Origin: Octopus sinensis
Lineage: Eukaryota
Direction of reading: 5' to 3'
DNA: 64,000 bases
Assembly: GCF_006345805.1 (NCBI RefSeq)
Contig: NC_043007.1
Span: 75,702,001-75,766,000 of the forward strand
A program made the position numbers and the translations under genes. This document shows, one piece after another, positions 10,722 through 22,999 of the stretch. The notes beneath the pieces are model-generated. The model was not told the origin of the DNA and searched no databases. It was given only the letters and a program-made list of their open reading frames with translations. The first letter of the stretch is position 1. Every line of letters starts with the position of its first letter.

Positions 10722-11715
10722 TTCTCTAAATCACAGGTTTGGTTGGAGCTTACTACCTGCAGCCTACAGTACCATGCTATTCGTTCTTTTCAGCTATCTA
10801 ATACTTCCCTGGTTATTCTGGCCGTGTCAAGGAGGCAAACCTTTGGTAACAGTTCCACTGGGCACTCTATTCCAATTTCCTTTATATTCCTCTGATGCCT
10901 TCTGATACTGTTCCCAAGGACACTAAAAAAAATAATTGGTACTATCTTCATCTTCTTCATTTCCATGGACGTGCTATTTCGTCCTTATGAGGGTTGTATC
11001 CATCTATCTTTTCATCTTCCTTCTTGACTATTCGTGGGTCAAAGGGGCATGCAACGTCAACTATATAGCATATGTGGTGCACCTTGTCCACCACCACTAG
11101 ATCCGGTCTGTTATGCTTTAGTACATGATCTGTTGGGATTGGAAAATCTCAGAGGATTTTGCTAGTCTTCTACTCTTTCACTCTCTGCGGTCCGTACTCA
11201 TTCCACGTCTTGCCTCTCTCTAGCCCCCACTTTTCGCACAGTTTCCAATGTAGCACTTTCGCTACCTGGTCGTGCCGCCACAACTTGTAGTGGATCTGGG
11301 CAAGTCTAGGGCATTCGTTCGTGAAATGGACAATGGTTTCATCCACTCTATTGCAGATGCGGCACAGCGGAGATACTTGCTCATTACTAAGGTTGACCCT
11401 CCAGTTCGTGGCCAAGGCTTGGTTCTGCGTTACCAGTATAGTGCTCTTGGTCTCTTTATTCAGGGTTCCTTTCATCAGCCAATCCCACATATTTTTCCAG
11501 CAACTTCTGTTATGGCTACATGGAATTAACTGTATAGTCCCTTCGTGCGTAATTCTTCTTCATCTCCTTTTTGTACTTCTTCCTTTGTTTTCCCTTTTTT
11601 CTCTGCTCTCAATACACCCTCGTTCCTAACTGTCACTAGCAAGGTTTCCTTACTTTGGGCTAAGTATCACATTAAGCTCTCGAGTCTTCCATACTTACCA
11701 GTCCCATTTCTCAAG
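10722..11715 (-). mobile_element. R4/Dong-clade (restriction-like endonuclease) non-LTR retrotransposon 3' fragment
   Basis: GLVSMED, WDWLMKGTLNKETKSTIL..QNQALAT, CRICNRVDETIVHFTNEC zinc knuckle, RHDQVAKVLHW, HNRPDLVVVDK..IVDVACP. 3' end abuts an (AAT)n run at 10641..10720. Confidence 0.88.
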
Positions 11716-12364
11716 TTGCTCTTGTAAGCGTGACAGGAATTGAAGGTTTATGATACATGTGGAGTATCTCCTTCTCCCATTATAATTATTTCTGTAGCTT
11801 CAAGGAGCTGGAGTGGGTCGCCGATTCGTGACTTCCGTGCGACGCGAGGAGACGGGAATGGCTCCTTGGTACATCACGCAGTCGATACAATAAACATAAA
11901 TAGAACAATGCATATATGTGCCAGAGGGAAATAAGAGACACAACCGGGTAGAATGTTTAAGAGAATATTTATTGATATGGTAACATGTGTGATTGTGTGC
12001 GTCATATATACAGAATAATAGACAGGCCGTCATAAGAATAAAATGTATGCGTGTGTATGTAAGCATAGACGTATGCGTGTTCAGAATATATAAGGATGGC
12101 GATGAAGAAGAGATATTGAAAGAGTCTGTAGCCATCGAAGTCAGTAGTAAGTTCATAAATACAAGAATGATAAATAACAGTTCGTAGTCAATTGTACACG
12201 ATAGTTGAAATACTGTATCAAGAAGTTGCGGCAATGATGCAGAGCCGGTTGCAGTACATGTACGTGAAGTTGAGGCTGTGATGCTGCTGCCTGAGTCACT
12301 TGGTACAGGAGTTCTCGCAGGTTGTACATTCGCTGTTCATCCATGGTGAAGTAGTTCACGAACA

Positions 12365-13570
12365 GTGCAGTGTTGGACCATGGCCTGTCAGTCGCGGTTT
12401 CTCTTACATATTGACATGCGTCGATCGTTTCTCTCGTTGGCCTGAAGCCAATCCAATAGTGGCCATTTCGGCTGAGTCAGTTGCTCGAATTTTCGTTTCT
12501 AACTGGATTGCTCGCTTTAGTATCCCAGCTTAAATAACCACTAATCGTGGACGCCGGTTCGGAGCTTCTTTAGTTCGTGAATTGTCACGAATCCTAGGCG
12601 TTCGTCACATTCGTACGACCAGCTATCATCCAGCTTCCAACGGATGGTCGAACGTTTTCACAGGCAACCGAAGGCCGCTCTACGCGCCACTCCTGATTCG
12701 CAGTCTTGGACAGAATTCCTGCCTATCGTTCTTCTTGGTTGTCGCACTGCTGTTAAAACAGTCTTAGGTTTCTCCTCTGCTGAACGCCTTTACGGTACCA
12801 TCCTGGCACTCCCTGATACAATTCATTGCATCCTGATACAATGTCGTATGTCACCAGACTTCGCTCATATTTCTCAAGTCTTCCACCCATGCATCTGCGT
12901 GGCCAGTCTATTCCCTCTCACGTCTCACCGGACATTGACAAACGGACTGATGTTTTTGTTCGGGATGGTTCTGTTAGAGGACCTCTCGTTTCTCCTTATA
13001 AAGGACCATTTCGTGTGCTATCGCGCACACTCAAAGCTTTTAGTCTCGACATCAATGGTCGGGCAGAGACCGTGTCAGTCGACAGACTTAGAAGGGCACA
13101 TTCTGAGGTTTCCACACCCTTTGGTGACACCCCAGCCATGCCCACCTTTGATCCTTTACAACCACCTACACATCCACCTGCACGTGCACTTTTGACCACA
13201 CCATCACCTCCACCTCCACCTTCGTCGCCACAACCTAACACGAACAAACCCTATGTCACCAGGACAGGTCGCACTGTGCACTGGCCAAAAAACTCACCAG
13301 AACTATTTATATTTAACCCTTTTCTTTTTTCTTCCTGTGACAGACAATTGTTTTCTCGTGTGCTGAACAATTCCAATGCCTTGCCATTGAACTTTGTAAA
13401 AAAAATATTTTGTGCATGCTCCTTTTATATTGCTTGTAATTATTTTTCTCAACTTATCACATTTTGTATCATATTTTGTACCACATCTTGTTGTTTGCGA
13501 TCGGTGGCCCATCTTTGCTTTCTTGTGCCTGCTCCAGTCATTTTAATTTAGTACTAGCGTTCTCAAGGGG
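12365..13570 (+). mobile_element. Ty3/Gypsy integrase 3' fragment (frameshifted; extra 16-bp deletion in this copy)
   Basis: YILTCVDRFSRWPEA, WIARF, IRTTSYHPASNGMVERFHRQ, PYKGPFRVL, ETVSVDRLRRA; PPT-like CAAGGGGGA near 13565; no LTR pair recognised. Confidence 0.9.
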
Positions 13571-13587
13571 GATCAAATAGTACTTTT

Positions 13588-14560
13588 TCGGCCCATAACG
13601 CTGCTGAACACAGACTTCAAAATGTTGGCCAAGGTGTCAACGAAGAGTTTGGCGCTTGTCGTCGATGTGCAAATATGTTGTTGGCGATGTGCAAATATGC
13701 ACTATCCCAAGCAGATCCATCCACGACAACCTCCATCTCATGCGACACATTATAGACAGGGTGGGGAATGAAGGTGGCATGGGTAGGGTGTTGATCAGTT
13801 TAGATCAGTTTAAAGACTTTGATAGGGTCGACCACCAATACTTGACGTCCGTTCTCACGGCAGCCGGTTTCGGTCCCGTTTTCCGTGGCTGTATCGCAGC
13901 AATGTACAGTGTCATCTGCTCGATAGTTCGGGTAAATGGGTACTTATCAGAATCATTCAGCATTATGCACTCGATCAGTCAAGAGTATCCTCTCTCGTCT
14001 CTCTTGTATGTACTGGTTCTAGAGACACTAGCGCGGAAATTGGAAGCGTTGAGAGGCATTCTGCGCGAACTAGGACGTGGGGGAACTGTGTCGGCATACG
14101 CGAACGACGTCATCGTCATAATGTTGAACATCAAGCACATGGACCTGGTCGGCATAGCTCTAAAAAATACGAGGCGTTGACAGGAGCAAAAATTAACCAG
14201 AAGTCAGTGGGCCAGCGACTTAAATTGCTTGGGGTCTGGTTCTGGTCCAGATCTCCAGATGGAGAAGAAATTGGGACAAAGTGACGAGCTGAGTTGCCAA
14301 TCTCACTCAGAAATGGGCTGTGAGGAAGTGTTCCCTGAAAGTTCGGGTGGAGGTGGCGAATGCTTACATCGCATCCATCATCTACTACCGTCTCACTGTC
14401 CTGACTTGTCCAGGTTCGATTCCGACCAAACTGGAGCACCTACTTTTCCGCTTTCTGTGGAAGGGACGCGTTCCACTGGTCAGGCGCTCCATTTGCTAAA
14501 TGGAGGACTGGGCATGTCGTGGCTTTGATGCGCAGACATGTGCTGATCTTACAACATCTC
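13588..14560 (+). mobile_element. L1/Tx1-clade RT fragment
   Basis: RPITLLNTDFKMLAK, degenerate DxxKAFDRVDH (DQFKDFDRVDH), QGxPLS (QEYPLSSLLY), YADD (YANDV). Confidence 0.85.
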
Positions 14561-14723
14561 CAGTGCTTCCTAAACGGTGAGCAGGTGTGGTACAACAACC
14601 TGTCTCTGATCTGGTTACAAATAAAACTTATTTAACAGTGATGAATATGTAGATTATTTTTATTCATTTAAAAGTTAGAAAGACCGAAAGTGACCATGAT
14701 CTTTGCAGGCAGGTCCTCACCCT

Positions 14724-15120
14724 TGTTTCTTTATTGCCCACAAGGGGCTAAACGTAGAGGGGGACAAACAAGGACAGACAAACGGATTAAATCGATTAAA
14801 TCGACCCCAGTGCGTAACTGGTACTTAATTTATCGACCCCGAAAGGATGAAAGGCAAAGTCGACTTCGGCGGAATTTGAACTCAGAACGTAACGACAGAC
14901 GAAATACCTATTTCTTTACTACCCACACGGGGCTAAACACAGAGAGGACAAACAAGGATAGGCAAACGGATTAAGTCGATTATATTGACCTCAGTGTGTA
15001 ACTTATTTAATCGACCCCGAAAGGATGAAAGGCAAAGTCGACCTCGGTGGAATTTGAACTCAGAACGCAGCGGCAGACGAAATACCGCAAAGAATTTCGC
15101 CCGGCATGCTAACGTTTCTG
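14724..15120 (-). mobile_element. Dimeric tRNA-derived SINE with 15-bp TSD
   Basis: GCAGGTCCTCACCCT at 14709..14723 and 15132..15146; two tandem bodies as in 734..1064. Confidence 0.85.
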
Positions 15121-15721
15121 ATTGCAATCACGCAGGTCCTCACCCTGTGTGATTGCAATCTGAGGAAGAAAAACTGGGTGAAATGATTCATGTGAGACCT
15201 GAGTGTGTGCAGATAGTTCCGATGAGAAGAGGTTGTTGTTGTACAACAGAAGAAGCAAAGAGAGAACGATACTTTTATGAGCTTATGGTTGAAGGATGTT
15301 GTGAAATTTAGCATTTGTAATATACAAGTGTTTTATTGACGTAGACAACAGTTACAATTTTCTTATTGTTCAATGGGAGCAGTGATATCTAACGTGATGT
15401 GTTTACTTCCGATACAAGATGGGATTGTTCCAAGGAAATTTAGGTAGCACCAACCAATCCTCAATTACAGATTACCACTACTATTTAGAGTATACTCTCG
15501 ATTTTCTTTCACTTTTGTCGAGAGAAGAAATAGGCTTAAATTGTTGATGTAAGCATCAAGCGATGTAATAAAGCGAAATTGTTGAGTGTAAAATGATAAG
15601 TGAATCAGTTCTGTTTCGTAAGAAACTGAAGTGGAGTCATAGTTTTCTTTATTCCTGTTATTGAGGAAGAGTAGAAATGATGATGTGGATGATGAAGATG
15701 ATGAAGATGATGATGATGATT

Positions 15722-16520
15722 TCTTTATTAACAATTAAGGGTATACTTATGTATACCCTTTTATGAACAACACAGGAAAAATACAATGCACGGTGCCAAG
15801 TGGGCCACTTTTAGTAAACAGAACTAGTGATAAAGTCTTGTAAACAATTAAATCAAAAACAATCGAATATAACAAAATTCCCCAAAAGAGGGAGCCCTCC
15901 TAGGATTACTTGTGAAAGCCCCATGAGTCTACAACATTCCTGATCACCAGGGTAAGTGCCCTTTCCACTTTGTTTACAGGCGTATGCTTAGAGTAGGCCT
16001 ATTCACTCGGACCATTCTTGCGACGTTCACCCACCTTTTAACAAAATTGCTGGGGGGAAGAACTTCCCTCTCCAACATAATTTTCCTTTTCAAGTGAAAA
16101 GGTGGGTTAATGTCAAACACCTGCTGTTCGACATAAACCCACAAGTCAGAAATACTCGGGCACTGGACGATAGCGTGCAGAACGGTTTCGTCACCCTGCA
16201 CGCATCTCGGGCAAGCCCGGCTGACTGCACTTGTGACAGTAGAGTTTATCTCGAACAGACAGCTCCTTCCAGTAGCACTGCCAGGCCAAGACTTTCTGGA
16301 AATTATCCATTGGCCCCAGCCCGAAAAGTCCCCAGAACAGACCAGTCAGCTCATTCTTGTCTACGCCCAGAATCTCTCCAAGAACGTCGTCGCACTTACC
16401 CGCCACTAACCCTCTATAGAAAGCCATAATGGAACTTCCACCGACCGCATTACCTGAGTGTCAGAGGAGTGTGAGCGCCTGACGACATTCTAGCTGCCCG
16501 GCGCTCTTCCTCGGTGTATG
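15722..16520 (-). mobile_element. L1/Tx1-clade LINE 3' end
   Basis: GDETVLHAIVQCP zinc-finger remnant, LEREVLPPSNFVKRW; AATAAA followed by an (ATC)n tail on the minus strand near 15690..15730. Confidence 0.7.
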
Positions 16521-17206
16521 TTTGATCAAGGACTGTAGCTCAGTCAAAGAGATAAGATTTGAGTCAAGGTAGAAAATACTGAAATAATTTTATAAAAAAC
16601 ATTTTAGTACTGGTTTCAATCACTGAGGCTACTTCAACTGTAAGCATGGAAAACAATTAAATTTTGGAAAAATTAAATGAAAAGTTGTTTAAAAAGAATA
16701 TTTGCATAGTATTCAAATACAAGGGGCATTTTCCTTGTTTCTGCCTGTCTCTGTCTCTCTTGTGGGTTCGAGATCGTTGTGAATTCTTGGCAGAGAAGAA
16801 GAAGGAGAAGAATAACGCAGGAGTGGTATGATAGTAGTTGGATGTTAAATGGTCAAGTGACCTAAAAGTGACTCGTGATTGGGACCGTTTATATATATAT
16901 AATGTTATGGTCGGTCATTGGTTTCTCATCTATAAAGAGCTCAGCAGTATAGGTGACTCGTCAGATTCAAATGGCCGATGGCGCATAACTTCTCTACAAC
17001 TGAAGTAAGATAACATTTAACTTCCTAAAAAATATATTACTGATTTAATGCTTTAGCGTGTGCTTCTTTTTCGGATATATGAACAACTGAATATTCATAA
17101 CGCACCTCGGTTGCGGAGCAATTTACAAAAGGGCGCCAGGTGGTTTGTGCTCTAGCGCAGTACCGTTGGCTGAGCACCTCTGCATAATCACGAAGGCTAC
17201 TGTCTC

Positions 17207-17770
17207 ATGGGTACTATGGAGTTATACGATCTCGATTATTCGACAACAAATATACCAACACCATCAAACGAACTTTACAAAAAAATGCTGCTCGAAAAGA
17301 TTATCAACCTCATAGGACGGATGAGATGGAAGGCATACTTCTACAATCAACGCACGCCATTCTCAGAAGCCAGCGCGTACGGTATTAAGTGCTGGAGGTT
17401 CCCATCTAGAATCAAAGACCGCGAAACCTTCGAAGCAGACCTACTGGGTATCATCCCAAAGTTGAGATTCGGTAAGGCCCTTACTCATTTCAGATCAAAC
17501 TCCGCTCTGACTTACGACTGCTAAAAATCTCTGTCAGGTCCTTACTCTTTTCCGATAAAACTAAAAAAACTTTATAAGGTTGATACAAGCACATACGATA
17601 GAACTTTTAGAAGACAACATAACGCAGAAATATGGACGCGTTTCCCCACACACATACATCAACATTAACAATGAAGCCAAACAGTTACCCAACAATCTAC
17701 ATATACCCGATAGGGTAGAAGTATTAGCTAAGAGGAATGCCTTTATCACCATTAAGGAGTATAAACAAAA
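17207..17770 (+). mobile_element. Penelope-like element RT N-terminal fragment
   Basis: YSTTNIPTPS, RMRWKAYFY, YGIKC, FEADL, DKT, LLEDNITQKY, ININNEAK, DRVE..AKRNAFITIKEYK across frameshifts. Confidence 0.8.
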
Positions 17771-18312
17771 CTTGGATCTTTGTGGTTTTCCTTACTATCT
17801 ACAATTTTGTTCCAATTGTTTTCTAATTTGATATATGGATTAAGTTTTGTATACTAATTATGAAAACGAAATTAATTTTTCCTATAAATCCATAACTAAA
17901 AAGTGGTTAGCCTTTAAAATTTGGGTATTTTAGCCAATCAGAAGCAAGTATTTTACACATCGCCGTGTGGAAAAACTCTTTTTCCATAGTAACCAAAGAT
18001 GCTGCGGAGATACGAGAAAGATAATCTACTATAATAATACTCTTGTGTTTTTCTCCATCACAACGTATGAATGAAAAAGGAAGGGGTGATAGATGAATAA
18101 AGAAGGAAGAGGTAAAGGCAAACTGGTAGTGGAAGCGTTTCAACTCTGTGTATGTAATTGGAAGGTATGTGAATGTTTGTGTGCGCGCGTGTGTGTATGT
18201 GTACATGCACATCAGAGTTCAAGGTCGATGTGCCAAGTGACTTCACTCTGTGTGCTTTAGCTTCGTTACTATGGCAACAATCTGGATACTTACTGATCAG
18301 ACTACACACAGA

Positions 18313-19946
18313 TCTATCTATATAATACTGAGAATGTATATCTGTCTATCTGTATGTGTGAATCCCTAAAACTCGAGAAGTACCCAACCGATTTCATTCA
18401 AATTTTACACATGTATTACTTAGGGTTCATGGAGTGTCATGGACGAAAAAACTTTTAACTTCTTACTTAATGCGGGCCCGGAGCAATCTTTTACACTGGT
18501 TTGGTATTATGTGTTATAAGTGAATATTGTTTCGCTTTTATTCTTTCATTTTTAATCCTAATGTGATAAGACTCATGGGGTATGATATGAGTGTCATTTC
18601 AATTAAAACAATGTAACATTTTATAGATAATCTTTCTATAGTCAAATATAGTACAAGATATTTTATACCACGATGATGACGACGTCACATTTTGTTTATG
18701 TGTGTGTATAAATGTGTATGTGTCTGTCAGTGTGTGCTTCCGCGTTCGGCAAAATCACTTTTTGTATGAGTGTCTGTGTGTGAACGTATGAGAATATGTG
18801 TCTGTGTGTGGGCGTTTGCGTGTTCGATACGTACGAGATAGTAAAGGACATTTTATAATATGACAACGTCACATTTTGTATATGAGTGTGTATGTGTGTG
18901 GGTGTATGAGTATGTCTCTGTGACTTGTGTTTCCGCATTAGGTACGTTATTCGACATACACACACATCTACACATACAGATATATATATGTGATGACTGG
19001 CATGTGTGAATGTATGCTTGTGTCTCTCTTACTATATGTATATGACTACGTGAGAGTGTAAGTATGTATAGCGTCACATTTTGTATATGAATGTGTGGGT
19101 GTATGCGTTCGTTGGGAACATTATTAAACACACACACATCTGCACATGCATATATATATGTGATGCGAATGGCTGGAGGCGAAACTCTTGACAAAAAACA
19201 ATCAGGTGGCACGCCCAAGGTATATAAAGATACACATCTACCATTCAATTACCAGTTCATAATTATCGCAGCAGTTGCAAGGTATTTCAATTTGCTTATA
19301 TTTGGTTACTTTACACTGTATACAAAAATACAGACATACTACATACAAACAACTACTTACAAAAATAGGGATTAATGTATATTTTTTTCTATAATCATAA
19401 TATTTTGTTTATGATATTCAAAAAAAAAATTTGCCACCAAAGGAAGAACGTAATCTCTCCAGAAACACCTATCAAGCAAGGAGGATTGAAAAAAGCCTGA
19501 AGGCGAGAGACTCAAAAGATAAGGGACATGAGACTTTCTCAAGATCAGCAAAGCCATGCTGCAGCACGTCAGATGGAATCTCAAGAGAGAAGGGAGTTAA
19601 GACTTTCTCAAAATCAACAAAAGTATACTGCAGCACTTAATGCTGAATAACTAAAATAAAAATTTAGCATGCCAGATTACACAGAGGTCCAATAGAATAG
19701 CTCTCAGAACAGGCCACATACAAATTTGTTCTTCACAACTCCTGGTGCTGCTTTCAGATATGATCCATCCTATTCTTATAAGAATTATAATTCTATCCAA
19801 ATTGGTGAGCTAAACTGAAATTGTTACTTCTGCAAAAGCTTTAAATTTTACTCCACAAATGTTGTGTCGTCAATGCTGCACTTTCCTGTATCACCTGTTT
19901 CAAACTACACCATTTAATCCTGAGCAACGCCGGGTATCTCTGCTAG
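18313..19946 (+). mobile_element. Internally deleted Helitron with RepHel remnants
   Basis: A|TCTATCTATATAAT 5' end; GCAACGCCGGG subterminal motif then CTAG|T. Contains RETQKIRDMRLSQDQQSHAAARQMESQERRELRLSQ (STPR-like repeats, ~19503..19640) and AAFRYDPSYSY...IGELN*NCYFC (~19748..19835); internal CGTCACATTTTG and (TG)n repeats. Confidence 0.85.
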
Positions 19947-20852
19947 TATATATATATATATATACATACATATCCATACAGTGATACACACACACACACA
20001 TATATGTATATATATATACATACATACATACACACGCACATATATATATCATCCTCCTCATCATCATTTAACTTGTTTTCCATGCTGGCATGGGATGGAT
20101 AATTTGACAGGATCTGACAAGCAGCAGAGTAGAGTTGCATCAGCTTTGCTGTGGTTTCCATCTCAATGCCCTTTCTAATGCCAACCACTCTGGTGAGTAC
20201 CGGGTGACATTTTTCATGCACTGATGAGGCAGCTCTGTAAATTGCAGCAAATTAAAGAAAGGAAAAGGAAATGGAAAGTATGAGAGGAGTTGGCTTTGTC
20301 AGATGTTGAAGGCTAAAGTATGAAAGAGGGACAAGCACATGAATCTTGCTATAGATGAGATACACAATTACCATACATTATGTGATGGTGGGTGAGAGTA
20401 GCTGAAAGGGAGATAAAGGTCATGGTGACAGGGTATGAGAGCATGCACACAAAGTACAAAGTGTATAGGAGGGAGAATAAAAACTGTGCATCAGGAAGGG
20501 AGGAAAGGGTAGAGTAACTTCGTAACAAGCGTGGGGGAGGAGAGAGACAGATGGTCAAATGCGGATGTAATGAGTGAAGAAAAAAGGTGGAGGTGTGGTG
20601 GAAGGTAAACAGCAGGATGGAGGAGGAGGTGGCACAGGAGTGGAGAGCTGCAGCATCACACATCAGTGGATCAGAAAGTAGGAAGACAATGTGCTTGATG
20701 AACAGTTTGCTCTAACTCGGTCACATTAATAAAATATCTGTAGTGGTTGATAAAAAGAAAGTTGTTGCTATTTCTAGCAGTCTCATGGACCATATAAAGG
20801 TTGCTTTGTGTTGTATTCTGGAATGTAAGAGCATGCATTTTCTGTGAGAAAA

Positions 20853-21156
20853 TCTTTATATATAAAATCGAAGTTGTGTGTGTGAGACTCTGTCTCCTCC
20901 GATTTAGATTCCTAACTACTCCCACATTTTGCGGTGCAGTTTAACCAAAAGCGGGTATCTTATAGTCGTCATTCACATCGAGCCCTTCTGGGTATTAGCG
21001 CGCATCTATGATGAGTCTACGATTTAAAAAAAAATTTATCATTTTTCCGCATTTTTAATGATTTTTGCTCGGGTTATATAAGGGAAGTAACTCTCTAAAA
21101 ATGCTTATATAGTTATTTCCCTTATAAACACGAGCAACGCCGGGCGATACAGCTAG
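20853..21156 (+). mobile_element. 304-bp non-autonomous Helitron
   Basis: A|TCTTTATATATAAAA 5' end; GAGCAACGCCGGGCGATACAGCTAG|T 3' end; inserted between A and T. Confidence 0.85.
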
Positions 21157-21346
21157 TAGTTCATAAAATGCCTTTCTTTGAAAAATGCCAAATAATGGTT
21201 GAAATTATACCAAACAAACTGCAATGTATGTATGTGTGTATATAACATTTAACCAAGACAAGATGAATACGTGAATAATTTGGTATTGAACATATATCAA
21301 AGATATAGAAATATAATTTAGTATTCTGATTTAAATAGTTAATTGA

Positions 21347-21536
21347 GATGTACTCGCATAGCAAGTAATTTGATCTGAGATCGTGTGCTGAAACAGATGC
21401 AGCACGGATTTTTGTCAGTGAACAGGTCGCAGATTTTAGCGCCGAAAATATTTTGACAAATTAAACTTAAATGTTGAAGTGAATCGAACGGCTTTTGTGT
21501 GTTTCTTAAATGGCTTATAAACACCTTCCACGCTGC
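21347..21536. mobile_element. ~190-bp insertion with 13-bp direct repeats
   Basis: AATAGTTAATTGA at 21334..21346 and 21537..21549. Confidence 0.65.
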
Positions 21537-21620
21537 AATAGTTAATTGATATTTCAAGAAAAGCATATTCAATGATGCTAAATAAATAAACAATGACATT
21601 TAAATGATTTTATGAATGTA

Positions 21621-21626
21621 TTTATT
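21621..21626 (-). terminator. Candidate AATAAA polyadenylation signal of the tetraspan gene (copy 1)
   Basis: TTTATT on plus, ~950 nt past the stop, after a U-rich stretch; also at 54533..54538. Other AATAAA-like sites exist. Confidence 0.3.
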
Positions 21627-21804
21627 TGGTAACAAAAATACAATTAAAAGGAAAACTAGAGAGACAAAAATATTTGTAGTGATATTGCTAATAGAATCAG
21701 GCAGTAGCAGATTCTTTGCAGGAAATTACAAATAAAATAAGAAAGGAAAAAGCATCAAGGTAATATAAAAAGTTTTGTACAAACTACAAAGCATAATAGA
21801 ATAA

Positions 21805-22050
21805 AAAGGTAAAGACCCCTTTCAGTCATGGAATGGCCATGGGATTGCACCTAGAAAGTTCCCCTCCAAGGCACAAGTCCAGGAAAGGTTGTTTATGGTA
21901 GACCAGCAGTCACCCATGTATACCGGCCTCCCCTCTCCACGTCGCTGATGTTATCAAGGGAAAGGCAAAGGCCGATACAGATTGGTACCAGTGACATCGC
22001 AACTCCTTTCTACAACTGAGTGAAATGGAGCAACAGGAAATAAAGTGTTT
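21805..22050 (-). mobile_element. SINE-like repeat in the putative 3' UTR
   Basis: GC-richer block ending GGGTCTTTACCTTTT on minus (RTE-type tail); recognised as a repeat by composition and tail only. Confidence 0.5.
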
Positions 22051-22569
22051 TTAAAAGAAAACAATAACAAAAATAAGCATCAATAAAAAAAAACAACTTC
22101 AAATGAATCAGTGAGTATGGACTAGAAATATCTCACAGAAATGAGAACAATAAACATTTTTTTCAATGACACTAGTAAAGTAAGTACATTTAAACATTAC
22201 TAAAAGTTAGGGACAGTTAGTACAAACAAAGATGTAGTGTAATTATGTATGGTAAATAAAATTTGATATTAAAAACCTTGACAATTACTTTAACAGTAAA
22301 ATAGCACAGATGGTTATCGTAATAGGGTCAGCTTCAGTGACAATAGTACGATGCTAAGGCTTTTTTGAATGTAGATGTTTGTGTGTGTGTGTATACATAC
22401 ATATATGGAGAGAGAAAGAGAGAGAGAGTAGACAACAGGGATGTTGATTAAGAGATTCTGGTCAGTTTTACTGAATAGTGAGAATATACAAATTTAAAAA
22501 AAAAAAAAGAATTTTTAAACTGTTTCATGCTTTTCAAACATTTCTCAATTTCACAAAAAATGAAAAAAT

Positions 22570-22710
22570 TTATTTCATTTCATTGAATTCTTGAGGCATA
22601 TATGGGTCAGCAACATTTGGAGAATAATGAGTAATTGGTGAGTAGTGTGTATTAATTGACGGATTCACGAATTCAGTAGCCTGGTTCTGATGGATAACAA
22701 CTACATTACT
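22570..22710 (-). CDS. CD20/MS4A-like tetraspan gene, copy 1, coding exon 5 (terminal)
   Basis: Polypyrimidine tract TTTTTTTTTCTTTGCTTCTACAG then SNVVVIHQNQATEFVNPSINTHYSPITHYSPNVADPYMPQEFNEMK*; 141 nt, phase 0. Confidence 0.82.
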   Translation of the reverse strand, partial: SNVVVIHQNQATEFVNPSINTHYSPITHYSPNVADPYMPQEFNEMK

Positions 22711-22999
22711 CTGTAGAAGCAAAGAAAAAAAAATTATTAAAGAAATACTGAATTTCTTTAGAAACAAAAAAATAATAAACAACTCTAAAATCATTCCAAG
22801 AGAAATTAAAGAATACCTTGATTTGCATCTATTTTTCAATGACATTCATACATAGTAAATCTTGTGTGTAGTTAGATGTACTATTGCGATTGTTGAATTA
22901 AAAGCTGCATATAGAGTATCATCTTCCAGTGAAGTGGAGCAAATAATATAAACTTGTGTTTACCATAATTTCTCCTGTCTCTATATATACATATATATA

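Noticed and set aside
11720-12365. LTR belonging to the Gypsy fragment
   Set aside because: No second copy within the unit, and no convincing TG...CA ends with TSD could be identified by eye.
12826-13551. 241-307-aa ORF as a host or domesticated gene
   Set aside because: It is the integrase C-terminus reading on into 3' untranslated sequence; upstream catalytic regions are frameshifted and copy 1 has a further deletion.
19431-19640. Small lysine/serine-rich protein (track ORF MPPKEERN...)
   Set aside because: It is an alternative frame over a Helitron RepHel remnant; the meaningful STPR-like frame is shifted by one base.
20215-20270. CTGATGAG as a hammerhead ribozyme core
   Set aside because: No complementary stem II followed by GAAA, and no flanking helices.
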